The notes beneath the pieces were generated by a model. That model was not told where the DNA came from. It worked only from the letters and a program-made list of their open reading frames with translations, and searched no databases. From positions 290,254 through 354,253 of the forward strand of contig CAJINV010000005.1 of NCBI GenBank assembly GCA_905178155.1: a stretch of DNA of 64,000 nt. The letters run 5' to 3'. Source of the stretch: Amoebophrya sp. A120 (lineage: Eukaryota > Protista > Dinoflagellata). The translations under genes were made by a program, and so were the position numbers. Below, one piece after another: positions 38,716-51,450 of this stretch (its first letter is position 1; each line of letters starts with the position of its first letter).

Positions 38716-39443
38716 ATCTTGCGAAGTGCGGTCTTTTTTACTACACTATGAGGTTGGTAGTTGCTTACAATTTCATTTCTGGATGGAGGTAGATGATGCA
38801 CCAGGTTCTAGGAATATACAAGTATCGCCTGTAGAACGTGCAGGCAAAACTAAAAATCGTTGGAAAGCAAGCGCTGTGATCGAATTCGAATTGGGAATTA
38901 TCTCTCATGATTTCTCGTAATATAGTCGGCAGGGCATGCCGGTAGACGCTGTAGCTTTTTCGATTGCTGGCGCTTGTGTCAACAAAACTCGCTTCGTGTT
39001 TTTTGATTCGCCAGTCCGCCGGTTTCTGAAGAATGTTTGTTTTAAAGAGGGACTTCTGGTTATTTGTGGGTCGGGTGCAGAGAAGCTGATCAAAGCTGAG
39101 AGAAATTTTGAGCGACCCAAAAAACGAGAAACAAAATGAGCCCTCGGAGCGAAGTAGAGCAACAATCAAAATGCGGAGCAAAGAGAGTTGAAGAAAGAGA
39201 GTTGTAACTTCAAACCACTTGTTCCAAACCATGGGCATGGAGAAAGCTTTTACTTTGTTGCTGTCGTGATTTCTCTTTCAACGAAACTAGAAGGTGTCCA
39301 GAAGTGAGGTTTCAAGGATGCGACGCCGCGTGTGAAGTTGAAGCACCGAGCCGACGAATCCTTTTTGCCTCTCGTCAGGGGACAGCACAGAGTCATTTTG
39401 TACTAGTATCGCGTACTAAACGCTGATTGAACTACAAGCAGCT

Positions 39444-40675
39444 ATGCCCTCTAATATGGCCGAAATGGACGAGCGTCTTCGCGATTCCGTGCGCGACCCG
39501 GCGGTGGACAAGTGGTTCAAGGCCAGGAAAGAGGAGCACTACAACACATATGGATTGCAAATATGTCTGGGTCTGGAAGAATGCAACTTGTGATGCTGAA
39601 TTTGGATTCCAAAAAAATCTGCATTGCCTGAGCAGCAAAGGGAATGCAATTTTTGCTACGCGGAGACGGCATTTGTCATGCGGAATAGGCATCGCGGAGC
39701 CCTCAAAAAATCTGTGATGCTAGGGCATGCATCACAGACATCATGGCCAATGCAAAACATGCATGACAAGTCTCAGAATCTTCCAGACCCAGACATTTTT
39801 ACATTTGACAACACAACCGGCCAGGCAATTCAGACCATTGAGGGCGACCTGAAAAAATTGCAGTTGAAGGGAATGAGTACAGTTTTTGACATTTTTACTG
39901 GATCCTCGTTCGGTTTGCTGTGATAGGGGAATCAAAATTGTGCGGGAAAGTCACAAAATAGGATAATTCATGCCCTGTCATCATGAACAGTACGTCCACA
40001 CTGAGAAACCCTTGTACTAAAATCATCAAGAACGGCACCCAAAAACGTCCACTAGGTCCAGTGGAGGGTGGTCTGTCCGAGGGTCTCGATTCCCCGCGGA
40101 AAGCGGCAATGCGGCTGATGCAGGCGACGGACATCGGTGAAGGACCGATGTTCCAGGGACCCCCGGCGCCGCAGCCCCCGCAGCAGAGGGGCGTGTTGGT
40201 ACAGGTATCAAAGGCAAAAATGTCTGGGTCTGGAAGATTCCGAGATTTGTCATGCTAGTCTGGCATGATTCTGAACTCTGTATTGCGTGGCCGCGAAGAG
40301 CTCCTCTTGCCTGTCATGCAAAAACGCAGTTTCTCATGCGGAGACGGAGTACGCAACTCAGATTCAGAACCACGGCAAAACTTGTCATGCTGGGCAGCGC
40401 ATTACAGTGTTTTCACTATTCCCTTCCTTGCATCACAAGTTTCCAGACCCAGAAATTTTTGCAGTTGATAACAGGATTCCGAAGACAAGTACGTAACTGC
40501 GGTGGGTGGCGACGGCGCGTCGCAGGAGTACGTGAAGTGCTACAAGGGCGAGCAACGAGTGAGCTGTGCGGTCTCCGATGAGGCGGCGGGGGGACGGAAA
40601 GTTTGCTCCTCTGGAGTGGGAGGTATAAGAACACGGTTTTGTGCACGTTCGATTGTATTAAATCTGCTCGTTTAA
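39444..40675 (+). CDS. Small spliced gene of unknown function (not visible as a single ORF)
   Basis: MPSNMAEMDERLRDSVRDPAVDKWFKARKEEHYNT|TGQAIQTIEGDLKKLQLKGM|SPVEGG...VLVQ|DSEDKYV... stays in frame after removing elements 39549 and 40206 and a GT-AG intron 39877-40055. 3' end uncertain. Confidence 0.6.
39549..39810. mobile_element. Introner element, family A
   Basis: Family A TIRs (right end GACA instead of GATA); TSD ACACA. Confidence 0.93.
40206..40470. mobile_element. Introner element, family A (yields a GT-AG register)
   Basis: Family A TIRs; TSD ACAGG; 40205-40474 reads GT...AG. Confidence 0.95.
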
Positions 40676-41187
40676 CTTTAAAAGGAGCCGCTCTAGTTTG
40701 AGCTAACGTGTATTGAAGAGGATCAACATGATTGACCACCTTAGCTGTCCGGATCTGCTTGTAGTGTATCTTCTTGTGCGCCGGCGACCGCTTTCGGATG
40801 AAGATCTGATGTGAGGCTAGAAAAGAGAGATCTGATGCTGCGATCCATTCTTCTCTTCGCGCCCACGCAGCTCCTTACATGGAAGAGGTGCAGTGGGTCT
40901 TTTGAGGTGAAGGTCCGTGTGCAAGATTGTCACGCTACTGCATCGGGAAGGTTCTTCCGATTGGAGGCACATGCAATTGCGATGTCTGATAATTAAGTAC
41001 TGACATTATTCAGTTAATTCTTTGCCGTGCGGCCAGATAATACACTACTACTTGAGCAGGCCGCAAAGTTCCGAGAAGGATCAGGTCCTTACCGCTTACA
41101 AATTTTGTCCACACACGCATCACATCAACTTTCCACATCGCATGTGGAGCAAGAAGAGCATCTAGAACAAAACACTATGCGGTCAAC

Positions 41188-44100
41188 ATGACGATTGAAC
41201 AATTGTTCTCCACAACAGAAGCTGCGGTCGTCGTCGCGTGCGGTGCCACCGCGACAGCTGACATGATAACGCCGTTGGCTTCGTCTACCACGACGTCTAG
41301 CGCAGCGGCGCTGCAAGGACAAGGAGAAAAAGAAGGCGTCGCGGAAAATAAAAAGGATGACAAATCTACTACTGCGCCCGCTCTCGCCTTGCGAGATGAC
41401 AAGCCGGGACATGACCAGTTTGATCAAATGGACTTGATGGAGCGAACGCTGGAGCACCAGGAAGTCTTTTCCCCTGTGGTTTCTAGAGACGAGGATATGA
41501 AGCTAGAGGTGGAAGTAGAAGCAAGATGTGTGGCTGTGGACCAACAAGAACCGACTGAAAAATCAAAGTCTGCATCTGCTGCTCCACCAACCGCTAGTAA
41601 AAACGTAGAGGACACCATAGCCTTGTCCTCCGACGAGCCAAGAAGTTGCAGTAGTACCACCTCGACGACAGCGACCTCGGTCGTTTCAAGCGAGCAGATC
41701 GCCGCGTTGCCAACATTGGGTAGTTCAACAGTGGAACAAAATAGTGGTACACCGTCTGTACTAGAGGAAGGGAACGAAACCACTGCACCTCCTGAGTCCG
41801 AAATTGCAGTAGAATCGGCACCAGCCTCAACCGACGAGGCAAAAATCAAACGCGAAGAGGGAGGATCGCAGCGAGGCCTCGTGAAAGCCATTTCCGCAGA
41901 TGATGATTTGAAGATGAAAAACGAGAACGAACCGAGCAGGAGCACAAACCTGACGGCATCGCTGAACAGTCCAAGATGCGCTACCGGGGAGACCGCAGCT
42001 GTGAATTCGCCAGAATCCACGACTTCGCAGGTCAACAGCTCCTCTGGCGAAATGTCGCAAACGATCGAGCCAGAGGATAACTTGGTTGCAGCACCAAAAA
42101 CCGAGAAGCCAAGCGTCACGGTGGAAAAAGCAGATGAAAATAAAACGAGTTTACTGTCTACTCCTGAAGACGCTCCTGCAGCTACCGAAGTCGCGAGAGA
42201 GACAGATACTGCTCCGAAGAAAACAACTTCTCCTTCTTCGGTACTGTCGGAAATGAACAAACCGTCAGACGTTGCCCCGGTTGTACTATCGTCAACTTCT
42301 ACTTCGGTGAGCTCCTCCTCCGCTTCACCGGAGCAAAGAACGAAACTCCCCGTGTCTACTAGCATCACGTCTGCACCAACAGCAACATCATCTACCGGCT
42401 CCCCAGACGTGACCAGGACAGACAGTTCGAGTTTCACCACGAATCACGATGCAAATGGCTGTGGCAGCAGCAAACCTCCTTCCGTGATGGATACGACGTC
42501 CAAAACGACCGTAGCACCCTCTAGCCCCGCGACGAGCGCGTCGGTGGCCTCCAGTCCGGAAGTCCCATCGTCCTCAGAGAAGAGGGTCGTGGCGGAATTA
42601 GCAAGCGGCACGGAATACGTGGGGGAGCGGAATGGTTCAGGAGAAGTGAAATCTTCCACGACCCCCGACGTGAAGGTTGAGCGTGCTTCGCTAGTACCAG
42701 CCGCCACTGCAACGAATGCACCGAGCGCCGCGAAAGCAGCTGGTACAACCACATTTGTAAAAACAAGTGCAACTGGCGTGCCCACTCCGACAAAACCGTC
42801 CACCGGTTCCTCGCCGGTGCCGAGCAGTTCACAGAAGGCGACGCCATCGAGTTGCAACACGCAGGTCACCAGCACCAGTGCCGTTGAGAGAGCTAAACCA
42901 AGTACAAGCTCGAGTGTTGTGACGACTGCCGCTGCCGCTGTTGCTAGTACGGTCGTTGGTGCAGCGAAGCCGGCGGGCGGCAGGGTCGTGGGGTTGAACC
43001 GCACTGCTGGGAGTAACGCTGCTGCCGCACAACCCGCTGGACCAAAAGCGGCTGGTAAGAAAATGGTTTCTGTGATTTCGTTCTGCCTGGTCATAATCAA
43101 TGATAGATAGATCTGGATGATCATCACGGTCGAATTATGGTACGGAAATGTACTGAGCTTTTTATGGACAAACTGTTGATTGATTGATTGTTACCAGAAA
43201 GTTAGAGTTAACCGAATATAAACGAATCAATTTGCAGCCCCACCAGGAGTGCCCGCGTCGGCCGCAACAGGGACGGGAGCACAGCTTGCTCCAAAGCGGG
43301 TTGGCCTCGCGACCCGCACCGTAAAGAAGATGGAGCCTGTATCCTGAGTAAAAACGTCCCCACACCAGAGTTGTAATGCAGATTTGCAAAGACAGGAAGA
43401 CTTGTAATGCGCATCCCCATGAGAGCCATTTCCAATCGTGTTTTGGGATTTGTGATGCTGTGAACAGGATGAGCAGATGAGTCTGTGACGCGGCTGCACT
43501 TGCTAACCTGCACTACACTGCATAGTGCAACTTGTCATGCGTGACTCACAAAACTCCTAGGTTTGTGTTGCAAAATCCCCATCCTGACTCTGGTGTGGGG
43601 ATGTTTTTACACAGGATAGCCTGCTTCCGGAGGGGGCGGCGGCCTCGGGTTGACCGACAGTCCCCAGCAAGGAAAGCCAGCCGCTCCTGCCTGTACGAAG
43701 CCCGGGTGCTGCGGAGGACCTTCGAACGGCTGCGGACCAACTGCTGCCAGCAACTCCTCCTCCTCTTCCTCTACCGAGCTCGCCACCCGGCCCCCACTGA
43801 AACCGTGCGACGGCATGAAGCGCGCTCCGGGGTCGGGACTCATGCCGCGCAGCTGCGGGCAGGGAGGCTGCACGAAATGCGGAATCCATGCGCCGGCCCG
43901 GGGTTTGCGGTCGGCCTGCGAACACGACGGGTTTGGCCAGCTGCATTTGCCGAAGGATGAGAAGGCGCTCACGGAGGAAAATTTACCGGAAAAGCTGGAT
44001 CGGAAACCGCACGACGAAAAATTGGGGCTGAAGTACCTATCTATCATGATGCTGTTTTCAAAATGAAAATGCGGAAAAACTGTCAGAAGTTGTGTTGCGT

Positions 44101-44761
44101 TCTCCCCCTTCATAGTATGATTTGCAGCTGCAGTACAACTAGAAGCAGATGAAGTTGTGTGCAAATCGAAACCAAGTTCCATAAAAATTTTCTTTGCAGA
44201 ACCACGGTGGCGAATCCGCAAGCTCTGCTGGATGAGAAACGCGACATGCCGTCGTTTGACCCTAAGTACGCAGAGCAGTACATGCTGTATGCGCAGCAGT
44301 ACGGGGCCTATTCCCAGCAATTTGCGATCTTTGCGCAGTACTTAATTTTCTGGTTGTGAGGTTTTTTTGTTTTTGACCGAGGATTTCTGTTTGGTGAAAA
44401 AATGCTTTCAACAAGCCATGAACATGATGGGTTGTTGACGAGACGGTAATGCAATCATCCCAAACTACCAAGGTATTGTGCACAGCAAGGCGCGGTCACC
44501 GCCGCTAAGGCACAGTACGAGGAGGCCAAGAAGCGGCAGCAAGAGGAACTGAAGAAAGTGCAGAAAAAAGCCGCTAAGAAGGGCAAGCCGATTCCTCCGG
44601 ATCCGACCGCACCGAAGCCCATGATGATCACGCCGTACCGGCACAACTGGCTGTTGTCCGGCAACTCGCAGGCCCAGCCCACCACCTGGTGGGAGCACCT
44701 GAAACAAGAAGCGGGGAGGCTGTTCGACCCGCGAAGCTGCAGTATCAATCCCTTCGGGTAA
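41188..44761 (+). CDS. Unknown protein: long Ser/Thr/Ala-rich low-complexity N-terminus, Cys-containing and YAQQY-rich C-terminal region
   Basis: ORF 41188-43110, then exons around 43240-43339, 43624-44032, 44200-44337 and 44473-44761, separated by GT-AG introns and the element at 43340. Confidence 0.65.
43340..43618. mobile_element. Introner element, family B (279 bp, inverted relative to 35695)
   Basis: Same TIRs; TSD GCCTG; interior is a close reverse complement of 35695-35973. Confidence 0.95.
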
Positions 44762-46309
44762 GTGGAAATAAAGAACTGTTTTCAGTGCAATTGTTGGCAC
44801 CGGAAAATAAATCGAACCTGTGAATAAATTTGAAACTTTGGTTGAATTATGGTAGTTCTAGTTGTTATTCAGCGCGAGTAGTGCGAGTAGGAATTTTTTC
44901 ATCGAATGCAAATTCGATTATGTGACGAGCTTGATTTTGATGTTTCTGACAGAAAGGTGTCAATTAGTGATGACGACTGTTGTTCTTCTTGTTAATACCG
45001 TTATTATTATGCGATAGAGTCGTTCGTTTTGCTTTTGTGCCGTCTGTGTACAAGCGTTATGCCTGACAGTAAGTCAAGCGACCGCGACTGCAAGTGAGAT
45101 GGCAGGCAAAAATCACAACTTTTCACTGAACTTCTCATGAGCTACTCAGTACTAACTTTCCAAGAAACTTCTACTACTTCTTGCCCAGTGAGCTGCTTTT
45201 GATATTTTCGCAGAAATACCCGATTCATAAAAGAATTAGTGTTGGCATCGTGAATACACCAAAATTGAAGATATGAAGAAGCTATGGTATGCTTGTATCG
45301 TGTCTAGACACTGTCGCTTTTCTGTTGGTTGAGAAAATTTTCTTGAGTTTTGTCCAATCAATGCAGACTCTGAAATAAATATTTGCCGATTTTCAAAAAA
45401 CTGAACTATTCTATTCGTTACTAGGTGTGCCTTAATGGGCGGAATTGAGCTACTCAAATTGTGAGCCTTTGACGCGAACTTTTTTTTCTGCTTAGGAAAA
45501 ACAAGACGTCAGTTTCTTGCTGAACTTTCTCACTTTTACTTTCCAATAGAAGTACTAGACTTCTAGATCTACTTCCTCAAGTGAGGCCGGCGACAGCCCG
45601 CGTACCGTCCAATCTACTGGTAAGGCTTCACTTGTTGGTTCGACTTGGTTCGTCCTGAATCGGCTTAGGTTGTCCTACTTCCTGCGCCGAACAATTCATT
45701 GCCTTTTCGTGAAACTCGAGCGTCTTCGTGTTTCGAGTGTGAGAGAAACGAAATCTGGAATTTGAATCAGCGCGCAAGAAAAACAAGAGAGGGACTTGCG
45801 CCGCCTTTGTGGTGCGATCGTTATGTCCGACTAGAAATCAGTCGCGCACAGCATTTTCGCCGAACAACTGCATGCAGGACGCTTTCTCATACTGCAAGAA
45901 CCTCCACCTACTTGCAGTCAGCTAAAAAACCCGAGACACATCAACCGCGATAAGAATTTCGTTTTTTTCTCAAGTAGCGTTTGCTGGTCATGGAAATCTT
46001 CGCTCCGGGAGAATGATGAAGAACGTGCCACCAGTGATTGCCCCGACCTGTAAAAGGTCGCAAGAACGCGGTGGTTCATTTTTGTGCGAGCGGATGGATG
46101 AAATGACTTCCGGCATCAAAGCCGCTACACCAGTTTTGCTGCAAGTACAACGACTGTCATGGCTGTTGAAGATTTTGCAGGAGCACCAGATAACGTAACG
46201 GACGGAAAGTAGAACAAGGTCGTCGGAAGGTCAAGAACACGTCTAAAACCACACCCCCCAGCACCTCTGCGACCTTCCGCCCTTTCTCCACAACCATTTT
46301 CCCACCAAC

Positions 46310-49300
46310 ATGCCACCACGGAGGAGTAAACGCGAGGGCAAGCGGGGGGCGAACCAGCAAAATCCCGATGACCCGGATGCGCCCAAGATCCACCCGGAGG
46401 TCCAGAAGGTCCTCGACTTCGAAGCGCTGTTGGAGGCGGAGGCGAAGAACGAGGTGGCCGCGAAGGTGCAGAAGGATCGTATTGGGAGGAAAAACCCCTC
46501 CTCCCCATATCAAAACGAAATTTCTGATGCTGGATTTGTGTACACCAATCCGAGCCGTCTTGCTGGAGAGCACTGCAGGCCCATACTAAGTGGCGAGTAG
46601 AGAGGTTTTGACCTAGGCACTTAGCATGAAAAACGTCAGCACTGTAGGCCCAACAGCATGACAAAGCGCATGCACAACGCGGCGGAGCCTGCGCAGTTGC
46701 CTTCTTGCAAGACAGACACGATTTGTGACCACAAATCAGCATCACAAATTTCCAAAAATATACCTTTTCAGAATGGGGAGGGGGGATTTTTCCTTTTGAT
46801 AGATCGGATCTTAAAGCGGTGCTTCGACGCGTTCGGGCACAATTTATGCGGCCCCGACCCGGTCTTGAACAGTACCAGCCTCGCGCTCGTCGTCGAAATT
46901 TTCTTCATCGCGAAAGAGCTCGGGTTCGATTTGGACTTCAACCCGAACGCGATCTGCGAGATCCCGAACAAGCTGGAGCAGATGCACGAGGAGCGGGACA
47001 ATCCGATGTTGGCTTCCATGCCCAAGGAGAAGTTAGGCCTTGTGACGGGGATCCACTTTGCGCTGCGCGGGGCCGCGAAGCGGCTGGAGAAGGAGCACCT
47101 GTGGGGCACCTTCACGGACCTGCTGCGGATGACCCATAGGAGAGATGCGGAGCTGTACCGGATCGTCTACTTCGACCTGCTGAAGTATGGAAGTGTCAGA
47201 ATCGAAATTGGCAAAATCGAAAAACTTGTGATGCACAAAATCGATGTCAGTTGGAGCCTCAGTTTCCAAGTGGCGCATGACAAATTTCGGAAGCACCCAA
47301 ATCCAGTTGTCATGCTGTTTGGACAGAGAAGACTCCTCCTGTCATGCTGCTCGGGCAGCACTTTGTATACCCCTAAGCAGCTCCTTTGCAATCGGTCTCA
47401 TTTGCCTGCCCCCCAATACAGGCCTTCGGTGTCCTACATTTTATGCATCGCAAATTTTTCGATTTTGTCGATTTCGATCCTGACACATCCATATGAAGGA
47501 CATCGTCGACGACATCGTGGACGAGGACGACGAGGAGGAGCGGAAATACCTGTGGATGTCCTGCTCGCCCTACCCCCAGGACCACCGCTGCCCCTACGTG
47601 ATCCGGTCCATGCTGGAGGAGGACGGGTGGACGGAGATGGCGGACTATTCCATGAAGCGAAAGTACCACCACGTGTACCGGCACGAACTCTCCTTAGACA
47701 CCGAGGACCCAGAGAAGGCGAAGAATTTGTTTAAATTGTCTCCTTTATCCTTCATCGACGTGTGCGTGCCGGAGAAGTGGAACCACTTCCATTTCCTACT
47801 CCCCAACAGCCACTACGAGGCGATGGCGCAGAAGCTGATCGACGACGAGTTCAAACGGAAGGGGAAGATTGACTTGACGGTGAAAAAGCCGAAAAACAAG
47901 AACGAGGAAAAGAAAATGGCGAAAGACAAGGCGGAAAAGGAGCAGATGGTGGCCATTATCAAAAGGAGAAAGCCCCCCTCCCCATATCGAAACGGAGATC
48001 TGTGATGCAGATTTGTGGTCACAAATCAGCTTTGCCATGCTAGAAGGGAGAAGATGCGAACTGTAGTGCCGGTTGGCGTGGAAAAGCCTTGCATCTTCAG
48101 CATGACAGGAGGCAGCTGGAAGTGGGAAACAGCATGACAAATCGCCTGCAGAGGAGGCCACAACTGCGGCTCTTGGCCTTCTACCATGACACCTCGATTG
48201 GTGTACTGAAATACAGCATCACAAATTGCGTTTTCGATATGGGGAGGGGGGATTTTTCCTGTTGATAGCCATGTTCGACAGTTCCGACACAGACGAGGAC
48301 GATTTCTTCGAGGACAAGGACATGGACCCGGAAACGCGGAAAACCGCCGAGGAGCGGGAAATCATGAACAACGAGTATCCCGTGTGAAAACGTCCCCACC
48401 CCATAGTCAAGTTGGGAAATCTGCAAGACAAATCAACAAACTTTCGCTGTTACGCATGGCAGCTTTGTGCTAGTAGCAATGTAATATTAATTCCGTTTCG
48501 CTAGTGCAGCAGCATCACAGATTCAGCATATTGCTCAGATTTGCGCATCACAAATTTCGAAACAGTACGAGAAAATGCGTCTCATAGGGCTCCGCATGAG
48601 AGATATTTTAAGAATGCAGATGTGCATAGCAACTATAATGGGGTGGGGACGTTTTTGCACAGGATAACGAGAACGTGTTAGATCTGATGCAACAGGACGA
48701 AACGATCATGGAGTCCGGGTTGCTCGGTCTCTCCCACGCGGAACTCCCCTGCTACGTGCTGTGGAACTTGTGCCGCTCGTTGCGCATCACGATGATCGGG
48801 CTGCGCCCGGGGGGTTGCATGGTCTTGATCTGGGGAACGACGCCGCTGCACGCGTCCTTCTTCTGGCTGAAGCAGCAACTGCAGCCGTTCTTCGACGACG
48901 TGAACTTGCTTTCCTCTCCCTTCCCCTCCATGGAGTCCCTCGTGGTCTGTTCCGGTTACAGCGGGCGGATTTCCCAGGTCGACCCCTTCTGCTACTTCCT
49001 GACCCGGCCGCACCGCGCGATGGGGATCGACGACATCCTGCTCTGGACCTTCGGCGACGGCAACAAGTCCATCGAGGAGATGTGGGACCGGGACCGAAGG
49101 GAAATCGAGGACCTGCTGATGGACTACAAAACGAAGATCGAAAAGCTGGAACGCTACACCATCGACATGGAAAAGGAGAAGGTGTTGCAGGAAATAGAGC
49201 GCATCAAGGAGGCCATGCGGGAAGCGGAGAGGGCAGCCAGGGAAGCAGAAGGGGCGGCGCAGGAAGCGGAAGCGGAGAAGAGTCCGAAAAAGAAGAAAAG

Positions 49301-51450
49301 TATATTTTAGATAATCGCTTGAATTGATGCGATGTAATACGACATTTATTTCTACTTGCACTTCGATTGCTTCTATCGCGTCCTCATACAGACAGGGATT
49401 CGCACTTTCCTCTTGATCATGAACTGGTGCTTTATTTTTTGAGTTTTGCTTTTACAACTCTAAAATCCTTCTATGCAGGTCCGCGCAAGAAGAAGCCCGG
49501 TGAAAAGGACGAGGGGGAGCTGAAGAAGAAAAAGACCGTCGAGAACATCGATGCGAAAGCGTCGCTGAAGCGGAAGAATTCCCGCGTGCGCCCGGGCGGC
49601 GGGGAGATGACGCGCGAGGTGCAGGAGGGCGAGAAGGTCCAGCGGAGAAGGAGGAAAACCGTGATCAAAGAAGGAATGAAGTCCGCGCAACTGGAGAAGT
49701 TGGTGAAGTTTCGGAATCGGGAGCCGGATGCCAAGGCCGGCGCGGAGGTCAACCACATCGTCATGACCGCCATGGACGACGCCAGTCCACGTATAATTTG
49801 TGATTTCTTTTGGGTTTTAGCGATGACGCTGTGAGATAGATTCTTGTCGCATGAGTGAACGTGAAGCTGCCTGAAGCAAAAGCATGAAGGGTAGGTGTGA
49901 ATGTGTCATAGCATACATAAAACAGAAAACCGTTCGCTCCGTGCGGCGGCTGCGGGCAGTGATCCTACGTGCATGACGATGACCGTGAGTCGCGAGCGCA
50001 TTGACCAGATCCAGAAGGACGTGATCGACAGTATGCGGCCAGAGCCCTTGTATCACACAGAAAAAAACTTGCAGGTCATATTTGTAATGAAAAAATAAGT
50101 AGATTAAAAAAACTGCATTGCATATCCTAAATAGCATGCTATGAGGCCGCCCATGACAGACTTTCCTGTGTACTTATTTATTTTTGCATTACAAATATGC
50201 CCTGCCAGCTTTTTTCTGTGGGATACCTTGTCGCCCATGCGCAAGCGCGAGTTCAACCCTTACCGGAACAAGTTGCGGAAGCTGATCGGGAAACGCGAAG
50301 ACGACATCAAACAGATGGGCGCGAAAGTACTTGACTTATTGACATTTGAACTTTGAACCGTATTGCAGCAGTTGATTTCGGACTGCAGTGCCCTTCTTTT
50401 CTATCTCGACCTGTTTTTCAACACGTAGCGAGTTTTTCTTCAAAATACAGGGCAGCATGCGCGGCGGCGCAGGGAGGCGGGGACGCGGCGGGGGCCAGGG
50501 CAGCATATGGATTGCAAAAATGTCTGGGTCGGGAGACTTGTGATGCTAAAATGTGGATGATGGAAACAGTTTCGAATGCAACCTAGCATGACAACTTTCC
50601 AGAACACTTTCTCATAGGCAATCCGCATGAGAAACTGCGTTCTTGCATGTATAAAAGAGGCTGGGACTTCTATTGGTTTTGCAATACAGATCGCCTAGGT
50701 ATGAAAAGCTAGCATTACAAGTTCCAAGCTTCCAGACCCAGACATTTTTGCATTCGATACAGCAGCGACGACGACGACGAATTCGGGGTGCTACCCGACG
50801 TGTCCCACGCCGAGCGCGGCGGCGGCGAGGAGGGCGACGAGGGCGAGGACGCCGACGGCGAGGAGCACAGTATGATCAAGATGGTGAACAAGAAGGGCAA
50901 GAAGAAGCACGGCAAGGACAACGCCTCCACCGAGTTCGACGGCGCGGACAGCTCTTTGCTGCTCCGCGGCCCCTCGCACAGCCGGTGGGACCGGCCCTGG
51001 CGCCGCGACGGCGTGCGCAACCCCGTGCCCGCGGACTTGAAGAACGGGCCCTCGACCGCGTCCCAGAAGCGGCCGGTGCACTTGGCGACGAGTCTGGGGG
51101 TGGGCAGCCTGGACCAGATCCGCGACACGGAACTGTTTGCCAAGTTCCAAGAGGAGCTGAACCCGGTCACCGCGTTCGGCGACAAGGACGAAATCTACGA
51201 ATTCCTGTCCAACTCCGCCAACTTCCTGCGCGACACGGGGGACACCAACGTGCGGCACGTGTACGAGGCCTGGACGCGGCAATACGACAAATGGAGGGAG
51301 AACAAGGGGCTGCCGCCGCGACAAAAATACCACATCGACCTGCCCTCCAGCACGAGCGGGTCGCGGTCCGGCACGGCCGCGTCCGGGAGTCGGCCGGCGC
51401 CTGGGCCGCCGGAGGGTGCGACCGGAGGCGGGGAAGGAGGAGGGGATTGA
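46310..51450 (+). CDS. Large spliced protein with a divergent FtsJ/RrmJ-like methyltransferase-fold segment and charged tail
   Basis: Frame is continuous across six elements (46480, 47186, 47957, 48376, 50051, 50506) and GT-AG introns (49300-49478, 49791-49925, ~50328-50450). Segment GLRPGGCMVLIW...FFDDVNLLSSP...MESLVVCSGY resembles the C-terminal half of FtsJ-type folds; product call tentative. Confidence 0.6.
46480..46801. mobile_element. Introner element, family D
   Basis: TATTGGGAGGAAAAACCCCTCCTCCCCAT / ATGGGGAGGGGGGATTTTTCCTTTTGATA; TSD GATCG. Confidence 0.92.
47186..47493. mobile_element. Introner element, family E
   Basis: ~50-bp TIR TATGGAAGTGTCAGAATCGAAATTGGCAAAATCGAAAAA / TTTTTCGATTTTGTCGATTTCGATCCTGACACATCCATA; TSD TGAAG. 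Confidence 0.94.
47957..48267. mobile_element. Introner element, family D
   Basis: TATCAAAAGGAGAAAGCCCCCCTCCCCATATCGAAA / TTTCGATATGGGGAGGGGGGATTTTTCCTGTTGATA; TSD GCCAT. Confidence 0.94.
48376..48666. mobile_element. Introner element, family B variant
   Basis: TATCCCGTGTGAAAACGTCCCCACCCCAT / ATGGGGTGGGGACGTTTTTGCACAGGATA; TSD ACGAG. Confidence 0.93.
50051..50225. mobile_element. Introner element, family G
   Basis: TATCACACAGAAAAAAACTTGC / GCCAGCTTTTTTCTGTGGGATA; TSD CCTTG; removal gives PEPLSPMRK. Confidence 0.88.
50506..50759. mobile_element. Introner element, family A
   Basis: Family A TIRs; TSD CAGCA; removal gives QGSSDDDDEF. Confidence 0.93.

Noticed and set aside
4736-40240. Recurrent peptide endings KMSGSG / FQTQTF / LPDPDIF as a protein motif
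   Set aside because: Read-through translation of family A TIRs in different frames.
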